Positions 50,961 through 62,383 are shown, counted from the first letter of the stretch. The stretch: 64,000 bases of DNA from Pseudomonadota bacterium (GCA_018970485.1 JAGWWH010000004.1:7595-71594), one strand, 5' to 3'. Program-made: numbers and translations. Notes: a model not told the origin generated them from the sequence alone.

Positions 50961-51710
50961 TTACTCCACCACGATACAATCCGCACTACTCTTTCTAGTC
51001 TGCGAGACATATCGGCCACAGAATGTTTCTGCCGAGATTTGATCTGGGAAATTACCAATTTGTAGTCGGTAAAAAATTCCCCTCTTGCCCAAATCAACCT
51101 TTTCAACAAAAGGCTTCAAACCGGAAAAAAGTGATGAGTTTCTATTTTCCAACTTGCGCCAACTCTCCAGTGCAGCTTCCTGCGAAGACATGGCTGCGAT
51201 CTGAACCTTGACCGATCTTTTGCCGCTAGATTTAGGCTGTGGTGGAGCTGCGCTATTATCTCTCTTTTCCACATCTCTTGTTAATATTTGCTTTGTCGGC
51301 TCTTTTTTATCTGTGGAATATACTAAAATTTTTTGCTCCTCTTTTACTAACTCCTTCTCGTCCTGAGACTTATTTTTGCTTGGTAGAGCTGGCTCTGAAT
51401 GAGCACGAATCTTTACGCTTTTTTGTTTCAAAGAGCCTTGCTTATTGCCAAAAATATCTTCGTAAATTCCACGATTGACCTGCATCTCGTCTTTAACTTC
51501 TTCCTCCTCAACAATCTTGATCGGACCTTCTGGCGACTTGATTGTCTCAATATCTGAATCTTTGTCTTGATGAACAAAATAATAAGCGCTGATGGTGATG
51601 TAGATAAAGGTAGCGAGAGAAAACATGGTCGCGCAAGCAAGCAGAACGCGCTTCGCCGTTCCAGGCATTTGGGGTTTGTCTTCTGTTTTTTTGTAGCCGA
51701 AATCTTCCAT
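50961..51710 (-). CDS. SPOR domain-containing membrane protein
   Basis: A single TM helix, a low-complexity linker and a C-terminal SPOR-like repeat (VKVQIAAMSSQEAALESWRKL...GIFYRLQIGNF). Confidence 0.75.
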   Translation of the reverse strand: MEDFGYKKTEDKPQMPGTAKRVLLACATMFSLATFIYITISAYYFVHQDKDSDIETIKSPEGPIKIVEEEEVKDEMQVNRGIYEDIFGNKQGSLKQKSVKIRAHSEPALPSKNKSQDEKELVKEEQKILVYSTDKKEPTKQILTRDVEKRDNSAAPPQPKSSGKRSVKVQIAAMSSQEAALESWRKLENRNSSLFSGLKPFVEKVDLGKRGIFYRLQIGNFPDQISAETFCGRYVSQTRKSSADCIVVE

Positions 51711-52159
51711 TATTTGAGATTTTTACTGCGTTGCTCAATGCCAAACAAAACTTTTTCGATCTGTAAAAACTGATCTAGAGCCATCTTAATTCCAGCTAAA
51801 ACACTCTCCTCATTTTGTGGATATTCATGGGTTAGTTCATTTCTTTTTTTACGAAATTCCATCCATTCATCTGCACTTGGAATGATCTCTAATTTCTCCA
51901 GCCGATCTAGCATATCTAGCACTGACATATTGCCGCAATTCTCTCCCAAGGCATTGAGTAGAAACTTAAATATCTTCGCGCCCATAACATCCTGCAACTT
52001 CACAAAACGAAGCATGAAGGCATCGACCATGTTCATGTTTTTTTGATCCAACAATTCTGCGTCGCTGAAATTTTTCAGCTGATCGTAATTAAATTTAGCT
52101 CGCTTCAGGTGAATTTTAGCAGCCTCTAAAGCCTCGATTAACAACGTCTTATCACTCAT
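51710..52159 (-). CDS. HEPN-domain protein, HepT-like toxin candidate (type VII TA)
   Basis: 149 aa, all-helical in appearance. It contains the HEPN Rx4H motif in the HepT form RNxxxHxY (KKRNELTHEYPQ). It overlaps the upstream nucleotidyltransferase gene by 4 nt. Confidence 0.7.
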   Translation of the reverse strand: MSDKTLLIEALEAAKIHLKRAKFNYDQLKNFSDAELLDQKNMNMVDAFMLRFVKLQDVMGAKIFKFLLNALGENCGNMSVLDMLDRLEKLEIIPSADEWMEFRKKRNELTHEYPQNEESVLAGIKMALDQFLQIEKVLFGIEQRSKNLK

Positions 52160-52446
52160 AAAAAAATCCCAGTTTGTTTTGCAGTTTCAAAGATTGGCTC
52201 AAATTTAGAGCTTGGAGATTGCACGATTAAATCAACTTTTCTCTCAATCCCCGCCTTCTCCAATTTAACCAAAAAATTTATTTTTTGCTGCAGAGAGACA
52301 TCTGTTTTTGTTTCGATAAAAAGATCAATATCTCCACCCTTTTTAACATCATCAACCCTACTGCCAAATAATCTTACCGGCACATCTCCGTAAATCTCCT
52401 TAGCAGTATTTTTGATGATGTTGATGTGATCTTGCGAGAGTCTCAT
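52156..52446 (-). CDS. Minimal nucleotidyltransferase (MNT/MntA-like antitoxin candidate)
   Basis: 96 aa. Pol-beta superfamily motif LFGSRVDDVKKGGDIDLFIE (GS...DxD). The start overlaps the argS stop (ATGA). Confidence 0.8.
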   Translation of the reverse strand: MRLSQDHINIIKNTAKEIYGDVPVRLFGSRVDDVKKGGDIDLFIETKTDVSLQQKINFLVKLEKAGIERKVDLIVQSPSSKFEPIFETAKQTGIFL

Positions 52447-54188
52447 CGCATCTCCTCCAAAGGCTTGATGTTAAAAATTCCCAAACCTTCGGCGATTATT
52501 TTTTTAGTCGCTAAAATCATGCCGAGCCTTGCCTGAGTTAGCTCTGGCCTATCTTGAATGATGAATTTCAACTCGTGATTTTCCATGCCCTTATTCCACA
52601 AAGAGTGAAATTCCGCCGCCAATTCTTGTAAATAAAATGCAATGCGATGCGGCTCAAAATGCGTTGCTGACATCTCAATCATGCGCGGAAAATTTGAGAT
52701 TTTTTTGATTAACTCGATCTCAGATTCATCCTTCAACTCACTAAGCACAAAGCGCGAAGCATCGAGCGCAACTCCCGAATTTCGTAGCACCGAGCAACAT
52801 CTCGCATGTGCATATTGCACGTAAAAAATCGGATTATCTTTTGACTGCTCAATCACCTTCGCCAAATCAAAATCGAAAGGCGCGTCGTTCTTGCGAGTGA
52901 GCATGATGAAGCGCAAAACATCGGCACCAACCTCGTCAATCACTTCACGCGCAGTAATAAAATTTCCCGCACGTTTTGACATTTTTAACGGCTCGCCATT
53001 TTTGATGAATTTCACCATCTGACACAAAATCACTTTCACCTGCGCTTGACCATTTGAAATCGCACTAACCACGGCGCTTAAACGTTTGACGTAACCAGAA
53101 TGATCAAAGCCCAGCGGCATAATAAATTTTTTTGCGCCGCGCTCAAATTTACTTAAAGAATAGGCAATATCTCCGGCTAAATAAGTTGGAGTTCCGTCAG
53201 ATTTTTTAACAACGCGATCTTGATCATCGCCAAAATTTGTTGAGCGAAAAAGAGTTTGCTCTTTGTCATCGTAGCCTTCTGGTAAAGCTCCCACGCCCTT
53301 TTCAGTTTTTGGCGCTTCAAGCCTTCCTTCAAAAATCAAACCTTTGTCACGCAGAATTTGAATCGCTGATTCGATTTTATTTTTGTCGTGAAGTTCTTTT
53401 TTTTCTGAGAAGTAGCTATCATGTTTTATGCCTAGAGCGAGTAAGTCGCGCTTGATTAACTCAATCATCGAATCAACAACAAAATCACGAATTTCTGAAG
53501 AATTTTCCGCTAAATTTTCACCGAACTTTTCTTTGAGCGAAACACCGATCGGAATCAAATATTCGCCCGGATAAAGACCTTCACCAATCTCGATTTTTTC
53601 TCCACAAGCTTGGCGATAACGCGCGTAGGCCGACTTGATTAAATTCCCAATCTGCGCGCCCGCGTCATTGATGTAATATTCTTTTAAAACGTCGTATCCG
53701 GTTTTTTGTAAAAGAGTTGCGAGCACATCGCCGTAGATTGCACCACGGGTGTGACCAACGTGAATTGGCCCAGTGGGATTTGGCGAAGCATATTCCAAAT
53801 TTATTTTTTCTCTCTGGCCATTTTCGTCTCGACCAAGATTTGGAAATTCAAATTTTTCTGCGCCAAGAAGTTGCTCGAGTAATCGATAAAAAATTTGCGA
53901 CTTCAGAGAAATATTGATGAATCCCGGGCCGGCGATTTCAAACTTCTCCACATCTTCGTTCGCAATTCTTTTGATCAATTCTTGCGCTAACTCGCGTGGA
54001 TTCATCGCAAATTTTTTGCTCAAAACCATCGCTGCATTACAAGCGAGATCTCCGTGCGACTTCTCTTTTGTAGGCTCTACGGTGAAGTTGTCGTAATCTT
54101 TTTTCGAAATCACAATCGAGCGCTCCAAAGCAATTTGGTCAAGAGTGGCGGAAAAAATTTCCTTAAAAGAGGAGTAAATATTGAACAT
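52443..54188 (-). CDS. argS: Arginine--tRNA ligase
   Basis: 581 aa. HIGH-type motif PNPTGPIHVGHTR, a KMSK-like motif (LKMSKRAGN) and a C-terminal DALR anticodon-binding domain ending in EEMR. Confidence 0.97.
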   Translation of the reverse strand: MFNIYSSFKEIFSATLDQIALERSIVISKKDYDNFTVEPTKEKSHGDLACNAAMVLSKKFAMNPRELAQELIKRIANEDVEKFEIAGPGFINISLKSQIFYRLLEQLLGAEKFEFPNLGRDENGQREKINLEYASPNPTGPIHVGHTRGAIYGDVLATLLQKTGYDVLKEYYINDAGAQIGNLIKSAYARYRQACGEKIEIGEGLYPGEYLIPIGVSLKEKFGENLAENSSEIRDFVVDSMIELIKRDLLALGIKHDSYFSEKKELHDKNKIESAIQILRDKGLIFEGRLEAPKTEKGVGALPEGYDDKEQTLFRSTNFGDDQDRVVKKSDGTPTYLAGDIAYSLSKFERGAKKFIMPLGFDHSGYVKRLSAVVSAISNGQAQVKVILCQMVKFIKNGEPLKMSKRAGNFITAREVIDEVGADVLRFIMLTRKNDAPFDFDLAKVIEQSKDNPIFYVQYAHARCCSVLRNSGVALDASRFVLSELKDESEIELIKKISNFPRMIEMSATHFEPHRIAFYLQELAAEFHSLWNKGMENHELKFIIQDRPELTQARLGMILATKKIIAEGLGIFNIKPLEEMR

Positions 54189-54304
54189 GGAAGTTTTTGA
54201 TTTTTGATCTCAGAGTGCAGGGTACGTCTTGAAATGTAAAATCACAAACGACGTAGGCGTGGCTTACACCAATATAAAATCGCAACTCAAAAAAAATCTA
54301 ACTA

Positions 54305-56062
54305 ATGCAGAATTACAACAGCACCCCTTATCTCATAAAAAGAATTGTTCGAGAAAACGTAATTCCACACTTAAAAACACTCCTGATTTCAATATCTTTG
54401 ATGCTTGTTATTGCTGGAACTACCGCACTTCACGCCTGGTTGATTAAGCCAGCACTCGATTCAGTTTTTGTTGATAAAAATACCTCGGCTTTGTGGATAA
54501 TTCCTTTGGTGGTTTTGTTGGTTACAATTGTGAAAGGATTCGCGACCTACTTCCAACTTTTGACGATGAATGTTTTGTCGCTGCGCATCACTTGCGACAT
54601 GCGCATTAAACTTTACGAACATTACATAAACTCAGACATCTCTAAGCTGCACAGCAAATCTTCTGGTGACATGATCGCGGCAATAATCGGTGAAATTGGC
54701 GCGGTTGTTGGAGTGATTAACACTGCGATTAATGGCTTCGTAAAACAATTTTTTACCCTAGGAGCCCTGATTGTAGTGATGTTTATGCAAAGCGTTGAGC
54801 TCTCGCTCGTCGCCTTCATCGGCTTTCCTCTGGCGGCTTATCCAATCTACAAACTCGGACGCAAATTGCGCGCCCTCTCCTACAAAAACCAAGAAATGGC
54901 CGGGAAATTTAATACGCAAATGAGCGACACGCTGCAATATTCAAAATTAGTTAAAGCCTACGCCTGCGAGGATTTTGAGGTGAAGAGAATGGCAACAATC
55001 ACCGAAGCTATTTTCAAAATGGGGAAAAAAATTTCGCGCATTTCTCTAATCGCCTCACCTTTTGTTGAAAGCTTGGCGGGCATTGGAATCGCTGCAGTGA
55101 TTTGGTATGGAGGTCATCAAGTAATCACCGGCCAAACCACGCCAGGCGCGTTCTTTTCATTTTTTGGCGCGATGATGATGGCTTATCGACCACTAAAATC
55201 TTTATCGAACATGAATTCAGGAGTGCAGATGGGCCTAGCTGCGGCAACTCGTCTTTACACTCTTCTCGACGAAAAACCAACGATCGCTGACAACGCAAAT
55301 TCAATCGAAATTAAAAATACCAAAGGCGATCTAGAATTCGAAAATGTGAAGTTCAGCTACATCGATGACAAGCTCGCGCTTAACGATATAAATCTAAAAA
55401 TTCCTGCCGGAAAAACCGTGGCACTTGTTGGACATTCTGGCGGCGGAAAATCGACAATCATGAGCATGATTTTGCGTTTTTACGATCCGAATTCTGGGTT
55501 GATAAAACTAGATGGTCACAACCTTCGCGACCTCACTCTAAAATCATTGCGCCGATCAATGTCGGTGGTGAATCAAGAAGTGATGCTTTTTGACGACACA
55601 GTTCTCGAAAATATTCGCTACGGCAAAGAAGATGCGACTGAAGAAGAAATTATTAACGCCGCAAAAATGGCGGAGGCCGACGAATTCATCCAAGAACTTC
55701 CCGGGAAATATCATTCTCACGTTGGCCAAAATGGCATCCGTCTTTCGGGCGGACAACGTCAGCGTATCGCGATCGCCCGCGCCATTCTTTACAACGCACC
55801 AATTTTGCTTTTGGACGAAGCCACTTCCGCGCTCGATCCAATCTCGGAAAAATTAATCAAAGATGCTTTGGCGAAATTGATGAAAGGACGCACCTGTATC
55901 GTTATCGCGCACCGCCTCACTACCGTAATGCATGCCGATAAAATCGTAGTTATTGCCCATGGAAAAGTTGTTGAGGAAGGAACTCACAAAGAATTATTAG
56001 AGCGCAACGGGGCTTACGCGAATCTTTACCTAAAACAATTTGAGATTGCGCAGGATTTATGA
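54305..56062 (+). CDS. msbA: ABC transporter, fused permease/ATPase of the MsbA/lipid A export type
   Basis: 585 aa. A six-helix TMD, Walker A GHSGGGKST, the signature LSGGQRQRIAIARA and Walker B ILLLDEATSALD. The substrate assignment is inferred from family resemblance only. Confidence 0.85.
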   Translation: MQNYNSTPYLIKRIVRENVIPHLKTLLISISLMLVIAGTTALHAWLIKPALDSVFVDKNTSALWIIPLVVLLVTIVKGFATYFQLLTMNVLSLRITCDMRIKLYEHYINSDISKLHSKSSGDMIAAIIGEIGAVVGVINTAINGFVKQFFTLGALIVVMFMQSVELSLVAFIGFPLAAYPIYKLGRKLRALSYKNQEMAGKFNTQMSDTLQYSKLVKAYACEDFEVKRMATITEAIFKMGKKISRISLIASPFVESLAGIGIAAVIWYGGHQVITGQTTPGAFFSFFGAMMMAYRPLKSLSNMNSGVQMGLAAATRLYTLLDEKPTIADNANSIEIKNTKGDLEFENVKFSYIDDKLALNDINLKIPAGKTVALVGHSGGGKSTIMSMILRFYDPNSGLIKLDGHNLRDLTLKSLRRSMSVVNQEVMLFDDTVLENIRYGKEDATEEEIINAAKMAEADEFIQELPGKYHSHVGQNGIRLSGGQRQRIAIARAILYNAPILLLDEATSALDPISEKLIKDALAKLMKGRTCIVIAHRLTTVMHADKIVVIAHGKVVEEGTHKELLERNGAYANLYLKQFEIAQDL

Positions 56063-58362
56063 GACTTGGCTTAAAATATTTGTTTTCGTGTTTGGTTCTT
56101 TTTGCTTGGTGCTTTGCTGCGCCTGTAAAAGCTAAAGAGGTTAAAGCTTGCCTGAATTCGCACTGCACAAAAATAGACAGCGACACTTTTGAAAAATCTA
56201 AAACAAAAAATACGCAGAAGAAAAAAACAGCTGAAAAAACCAAATCGAAATCAACAAAAAAGCCAAAAGAAGAAATAAAAAAAGTGACCGAAGAAGAAGT
56301 TAAAGAGGAGTCAGAAGAAGAAATAAAAAAGCCAGAAATACCACAGCCGAAAACTTCAAAAAAAACACCAATCTCACAAAAACTTTGGCAGGGAATTACC
56401 TCATCTGATTTAGAAATTCTGAAAAAAACCACGCTCGCCATCGAACATAAAAACTATGATGAAGCCTTGCGTCTCGCTAACGAAATGAAATCGCATCATG
56501 CAGATGATAAAAAATCATCCTTGGCTGAATCTTTGATCGATGTGATTTTTTGGAATAAATTCAGCGATAAAATCGATCCAAAAAAAGTTTCATTTAGCGA
56601 TATTTCTCGATTCGCGATCGACAATCCATTTTATCCAAACATCGAGAATCTTCATAAAAATGTCGAGCGCGTGGCGATTGCGAATGAAATTCCTTACAAT
56701 GCCTCTGAGCAATATTTTAAGAGCAATCCAGCCGAAACTAAGGACTCAAAAATCTATCTCCTTAATTCAAAAATTAGCGCACTTACTCGCGGAAAATTGA
56801 GCGAAGAAGAAAAAGAAAAAGAGCGTAAAATTATTCAGGAGCTGTTGGTTAAAATTTGGGTAAAAGAGAATTTTACCGCCTCAGAAGAGCAAAGTTTCTT
56901 AGAAAAATATCGTAACCAACTAAACGAGATTGATCACATTAATCGCATCAAAAGATTGCTTTGGGATAATAAATCCGAAGATGCGGAACGAATCATGGGT
57001 TTTGTCGAAGAAGATTACCAAAAACTATTCAGAGCTGTTAACGAACTTGAAAAAAACCCTCCAAAACATCTCGACAAATTATACCACTCCGTACCTTGGA
57101 AACTGCGCCTAGACGAACTCTTAACCCATCGAAGAATTCTTTGGTATCGAGCCAAAGATAAAATCGACGATGTGATCGATTTAATGCTCGACCTGCCAAA
57201 AGATTCACAATTTCCAGAAAAGTGGTGGAGTCTCCGTCGTCTTTACGGCCGCGAAATGATTAAGCAGAAAAAATATAAACAGGCTTACAAGCTGATTTCT
57301 GAACATAATCTACCAAAAAATTCTTCAGATTTCTGGGAGGCTGAATGGACTTCGGGTTGGATTGCGCTGCGCTTTTTAGATAAGCCAAAAGATGGATATT
57401 CTCACTTTGCCAACCTTTATCGTAACGTTTCTCAACCCGTCACTTTATCGCGCGCCGCTTACTGGCTAGGGATGGCAGCTGAGGCTTCTGGCAATAGAGA
57501 TCAAGCAATTGAATGGTATAAAACTGGAACGAAATATCCGATTTTCTTTTACGGACAATTAGCAATTCATAAACATCGCGTCATTGATCCGCTTGGCGCG
57601 AAGAACGATATCATCTTGCCAAAAGATCCAGAAATAACTGCCGCTGATTTTAGCGAAATTTCAAAATCTCGTGCTGCGAGAGCCGCCTTCCTTCTCTCCG
57701 TAACTGGAGATAAATCTAGCTCTACGAAAATTTTTGAATGGATCGTAAATAATGCCAAGACGGACGGACAGATCTCCGTGATTATGCAACTAGTAAATGA
57801 AATTGGAGATCGCCAACTCGACGCCAGAATTTCTCGTATCGCCGCCAAAAGAAATGTCTTCTTCATCAAAGACAAATTCCAAATCGTGAAAGAGATATCA
57901 GATGACGAATATGCTCCTTTAGTGCATGCGATCGTTAAACAAGAAAGTGGTTTCGCACCTACGGCAGTAAGCCAAGTTGGTGCAATCGGATTTATGCAAT
58001 TAATGCCAGGAACCGCAAAACTGGTCGCCAAAGAACTTGGGGTCAGTTACAATAAAACTAAACTTGCGACAGACATTCACTACAACGTTCGCCTTGGCTC
58101 ATTCTACATCAAAAAATTGATCAATCGCTTCAATGGATCAGAAATGTTAGCGATCGCCGCTTACAACGCTGGACCTAACGCCGTACAGCGCTGGATCAAT
58201 GAATTCTACGATCCGCGCCAAGAGCAAGACATCGATAAAGTGGTTGATTGGATTGAGCTCATCACCTATTCTGAAACCAGAAATTACGTGCAGCGCATCA
58301 TGGAAAACTTGATCGTTTACAAATATTTGATGTCGCGATCCAACTACGATTCAGTTCAATAA
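56059..58362 (+). CDS. slt: Soluble lytic murein transglycosylase (Slt70-like) with a K/E-rich N-terminal low-complexity segment
   Basis: A signal peptide, a superhelical repeat region and the C-terminal SLT catalytic motif AIVKQESGFAPTAVSQVGAIGFMQLMPGTA...AAYNAGP. Confidence 0.85.
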   Translation: MRLGLKYLFSCLVLFAWCFAAPVKAKEVKACLNSHCTKIDSDTFEKSKTKNTQKKKTAEKTKSKSTKKPKEEIKKVTEEEVKEESEEEIKKPEIPQPKTSKKTPISQKLWQGITSSDLEILKKTTLAIEHKNYDEALRLANEMKSHHADDKKSSLAESLIDVIFWNKFSDKIDPKKVSFSDISRFAIDNPFYPNIENLHKNVERVAIANEIPYNASEQYFKSNPAETKDSKIYLLNSKISALTRGKLSEEEKEKERKIIQELLVKIWVKENFTASEEQSFLEKYRNQLNEIDHINRIKRLLWDNKSEDAERIMGFVEEDYQKLFRAVNELEKNPPKHLDKLYHSVPWKLRLDELLTHRRILWYRAKDKIDDVIDLMLDLPKDSQFPEKWWSLRRLYGREMIKQKKYKQAYKLISEHNLPKNSSDFWEAEWTSGWIALRFLDKPKDGYSHFANLYRNVSQPVTLSRAAYWLGMAAEASGNRDQAIEWYKTGTKYPIFFYGQLAIHKHRVIDPLGAKNDIILPKDPEITAADFSEISKSRAARAAFLLSVTGDKSSSTKIFEWIVNNAKTDGQISVIMQLVNEIGDRQLDARISRIAAKRNVFFIKDKFQIVKEISDDEYAPLVHAIVKQESGFAPTAVSQVGAIGFMQLMPGTAKLVAKELGVSYNKTKLATDIHYNVRLGSFYIKKLINRFNGSEMLAIAAYNAGPNAVQRWINEFYDPRQEQDIDKVVDWIELITYSETRNYVQRIMENLIVYKYLMSRSNYDSVQ

Positions 58363-59781
58363 ATGACATACGACCATTTCAAAGATGAATGCGGAATTTT
58401 CGCGATTTTCGGATCTCCTGATGCCGCAGTTAATACCGCTCTCGGTCTTCACGCCTTGCAACATCGTGGTCAAGAAGCAGCAGGAATTGTCACGATGGAC
58501 GGAGATATTCACAGCGCACATTTCGCTGATGGCTTGGTTGCAGATAATTTCACCTCTAGTCGTGTCGTGAAAAAACTCGAAGGAAGTTCAGCGATCGGCC
58601 ATGTTCGTTACTCAACAGCTGGCAAAAAAAACGCACGAAATTTTCAGCCAATTTATGCCGAACTTAGTTTGGGATTTTTAGCACTCGCGCACAATGGAAA
58701 CCTTACCAACGCTCAAACATTGCGTCGTCGCTTGATTAACAAAGGCGCGATTTTTCAATCGACGATGGATACTGAGGTCATCATTCACCTCATCGCACTT
58801 AGTCACAAAGCCACACTTCACGAAAAAATAATCGATGCCGTTTCGCAAATCGAAGGCGCGTTTTCACTCGTCATTATTCACAAAGATGGAATCATCGCGC
58901 TTCGCGATCCACATGGCGTAAGGCCACTTTCGCTTGGCAAACTTGGTGATGCTTGGGTTATCGCTTCCGAAACCTGCGCCTTCGATATTATCGGCGCGAA
59001 ATTTGAGCGTGACATCAAACATGGCGAGATGATTTCGATCGACAAAAATAGCGTAAAATCTGCGACACCTTTCGCTCAACATTCGTCAAAATTCTGCATC
59101 TTCGAATATGTTTATTTCGCACGTCCCGACAGTATTGTTGAAGGCAAACCAGTTTACGAAATGCGCAAAAATATCGGCATCGAGCTCGCCCGCGAAATAA
59201 AAATTGATGCTGATGTGATCGTGCCAGTTCCTGATTCTGGAGTGCCGGCGGCGATTGGTTACGCGCTTGAATCAAAAATTCCTTTCGAGCTTGGCATCAT
59301 CAGAAATCACTACGTTGGTCGCACTTTTATCGAGCCCACCGACAAAATTCGTCACTTCGGAGTTAAACTTAAACACAACGCCAATCTCGCTGTTGTAAAG
59401 GGCAAAAGAGTTGTGCTTGTCGATGACAGTTTGGTGCGCGGAACGACTTCGAAAAAAATTGTTCAACTAATTCGTGACGCCGGCGCGAAAGAAGTTCACA
59501 TGCTTATCGCCTGCCCGCCGACAATATCTCCGTGCTTTTACGGCGTAGACACTCCTGACAAAAAAGATCTCGTTGCTTCACATCTTTCTTGCGAAGAAAT
59601 CAGAAAAATGATCGGCGCTGATACGCTTTCTTACATCTCAATCGACGGTCTTTATCGCGCGATTACTCAGAGCAAACGCAATAATGAGAATGCGCAATAT
59701 TGCGACGCTTGCTTCACTGACCAATATCCAATTCGCTTGACTGACAAAGTCGGCGAAGAGGCTCCTTTATTCGATAAATAA
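58363..59781 (+). CDS. purF: Amidophosphoribosyltransferase
   Basis: An N-terminal nucleophile Cys after the propeptide (KDECGIFAIFG), the PRTase motif VVLVDDSLVRGTT and Cys residues for the Fe-S cluster near the C-terminus. Confidence 0.95.
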   Translation: MTYDHFKDECGIFAIFGSPDAAVNTALGLHALQHRGQEAAGIVTMDGDIHSAHFADGLVADNFTSSRVVKKLEGSSAIGHVRYSTAGKKNARNFQPIYAELSLGFLALAHNGNLTNAQTLRRRLINKGAIFQSTMDTEVIIHLIALSHKATLHEKIIDAVSQIEGAFSLVIIHKDGIIALRDPHGVRPLSLGKLGDAWVIASETCAFDIIGAKFERDIKHGEMISIDKNSVKSATPFAQHSSKFCIFEYVYFARPDSIVEGKPVYEMRKNIGIELAREIKIDADVIVPVPDSGVPAAIGYALESKIPFELGIIRNHYVGRTFIEPTDKIRHFGVKLKHNANLAVVKGKRVVLVDDSLVRGTTSKKIVQLIRDAGAKEVHMLIACPPTISPCFYGVDTPDKKDLVASHLSCEEIRKMIGADTLSYISIDGLYRAITQSKRNNENAQYCDACFTDQYPIRLTDKVGEEAPLFDK

Positions 59782-59783
59782 TC

Positions 59784-60542
59784 ATGGAACAGATTCTCGG
59801 AATTTTATTTGCTGGCGCTTTTGGCGCGATTTTTGGCTCTTACGCAACTTTATTTGCTTATCGCTTGCCGCGAGGCGAATCCTGCTTCGGACGCTACTTC
59901 GGCCAAAAATCCCGCTGCCCAAAATGTCATACGATAATTCGCACGCGCGATCTCATTCCTTTGCTCAACTGGATCTTCACGCTTGGCAAATGCAGCAAAT
60001 GCCACGCAAAAATTCCGCGCACTCACCTTTTCATTGAATTCGCAACAACGGCGTTCTTCGTTTTATTCTACATAAAATTTTCCTTCTCGCAGGAATTCAT
60101 GATTTACGCGCTTATTTCCGTTGGCGCTGTAATTCTCCTAGTGTGCGACTTCACTCACAAACATTTCCCTCAGCCAATTTTGATTTTTATTTTAATGATC
60201 AGTTTGGCAGGTCGCGTTTTGCATGATGGAAACGTAATTGACGTAATTTTTTCTGCTTCAATTGGCGTAATTTTTGCGACAATTTTTTATCAAGTTTTCT
60301 ACAAAAAAACCGCCGGACTTTTTGCCACTCAGTCCCAATCTTTTGATTACACAAAATTCATTTTGATCAGCTCTGTTCAATTCGGCCTGCAGTCATTTTT
60401 ACTCTATTTCTTCGCAGTGATGTTGATATTTACAACCCTCCTCATCTTAAAAATTCCAAACAAAAAAAATCGCGACAGCTTTGGTTATTCTTTGCTCGTG
60501 CCCTTCTTGTGGATGATGCTTTTCTACCCTTCATTTAACTAA
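59784..60542 (+). CDS. pilD: Prepilin peptidase (A24 family, PilD-like) with a divergent second active-site motif
   Basis: An N-terminal zinc-ribbon DiS domain (CPKCHTIIRTRDLIPLLNW...CSKCHAKI), the first Asp region LLVCDF, and SQSFDYTKF at the position of the GxGD(V/A)K motif. It has eight or so TM helices. Confidence 0.8.
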   Translation: MEQILGILFAGAFGAIFGSYATLFAYRLPRGESCFGRYFGQKSRCPKCHTIIRTRDLIPLLNWIFTLGKCSKCHAKIPRTHLFIEFATTAFFVLFYIKFSFSQEFMIYALISVGAVILLVCDFTHKHFPQPILIFILMISLAGRVLHDGNVIDVIFSASIGVIFATIFYQVFYKKTAGLFATQSQSFDYTKFILISSVQFGLQSFLLYFFAVMLIFTTLLILKIPNKKNRDSFGYSLLVPFLWMMLFYPSFN

Positions 60543-60550
60543 ATTTCTAA

Positions 60551-61849
<1,299 letters not shown>

Positions 61850-61852
61850 AAT

Positions 61853-62326
61853 ATGGAAAAGTTTCAAATCACCGATCAAGGCTATAAGAAATTTAAAGCC
61901 GAAATCGAAAATCTAAAAAATGTCGAAAGGCCCAATATCATCAAACAAATCGCCGCCGCGCGCGAACTTGGCGATTTAAAAGAAAATGCCGAATACCACA
62001 CCGCAAAAGATCGCCAAGGCTTTATCGAAGCGCAAATCGCTGACTTTGAAGAAAAACTGTCACGAGTTGAAATTGTCGATGTCGCAAAAATTGTGAGCGA
62101 TAAAATTCTTTTTGGCGCAACCGTAAAATTAGAAGATTTAGATAGCGGAAAAAAAATCACTTACAAAATCGTTAGTGAGTTCGAAGCAAATATCGATGAC
62201 GGGCTAATATCAAGTGGATCACCAGTCGCGAGAGCTTTGCTTGGTAAAAAAGTTAATGATGAAGTCGAAGTAATAACTCCTGGCGGAATCATTAATTACG
62301 AAATTCTAGAAGTAGCCTTTGTCTAA
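61853..62326 (+). CDS. greA: Transcription elongation factor GreA
   Basis: Contains GDLKENAEYHTAKDRQGFIEAQIADFE and ISSGSPVARALLGKKVNDEVEV. Confidence 0.95.
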   Translation: MEKFQITDQGYKKFKAEIENLKNVERPNIIKQIAAARELGDLKENAEYHTAKDRQGFIEAQIADFEEKLSRVEIVDVAKIVSDKILFGATVKLEDLDSGKKITYKIVSEFEANIDDGLISSGSPVARALLGKKVNDEVEVITPGGIINYEILEVAFV

Positions 62327-62344
62327 AAATGAGGCAGTTTCTAG

Positions 62345-62372
62345 TTAGTAAAAAATCATACTAATTTTTTTT
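62345..62372 (+). terminator. Weak AT-rich hairpin TTAGTA-N8-TACTAA followed by T8, downstream of greA
   Basis: Read directly. The stem is only 6 bp, so the call is tentative. Confidence 0.4.
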
Positions 62373-62383
62373 ACAAAAATTAT

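Noticed and set aside
55950-56441. 163-aa Phe/Ser-rich minus-strand ORF, and the 57567-58031 minus-strand ORF
   Set aside because: They are antisense to the msbA 3' end and the K/E-rich slt 5' region (poly-A/G codons read as F/S on the other strand), and to the slt body. They are artefacts.
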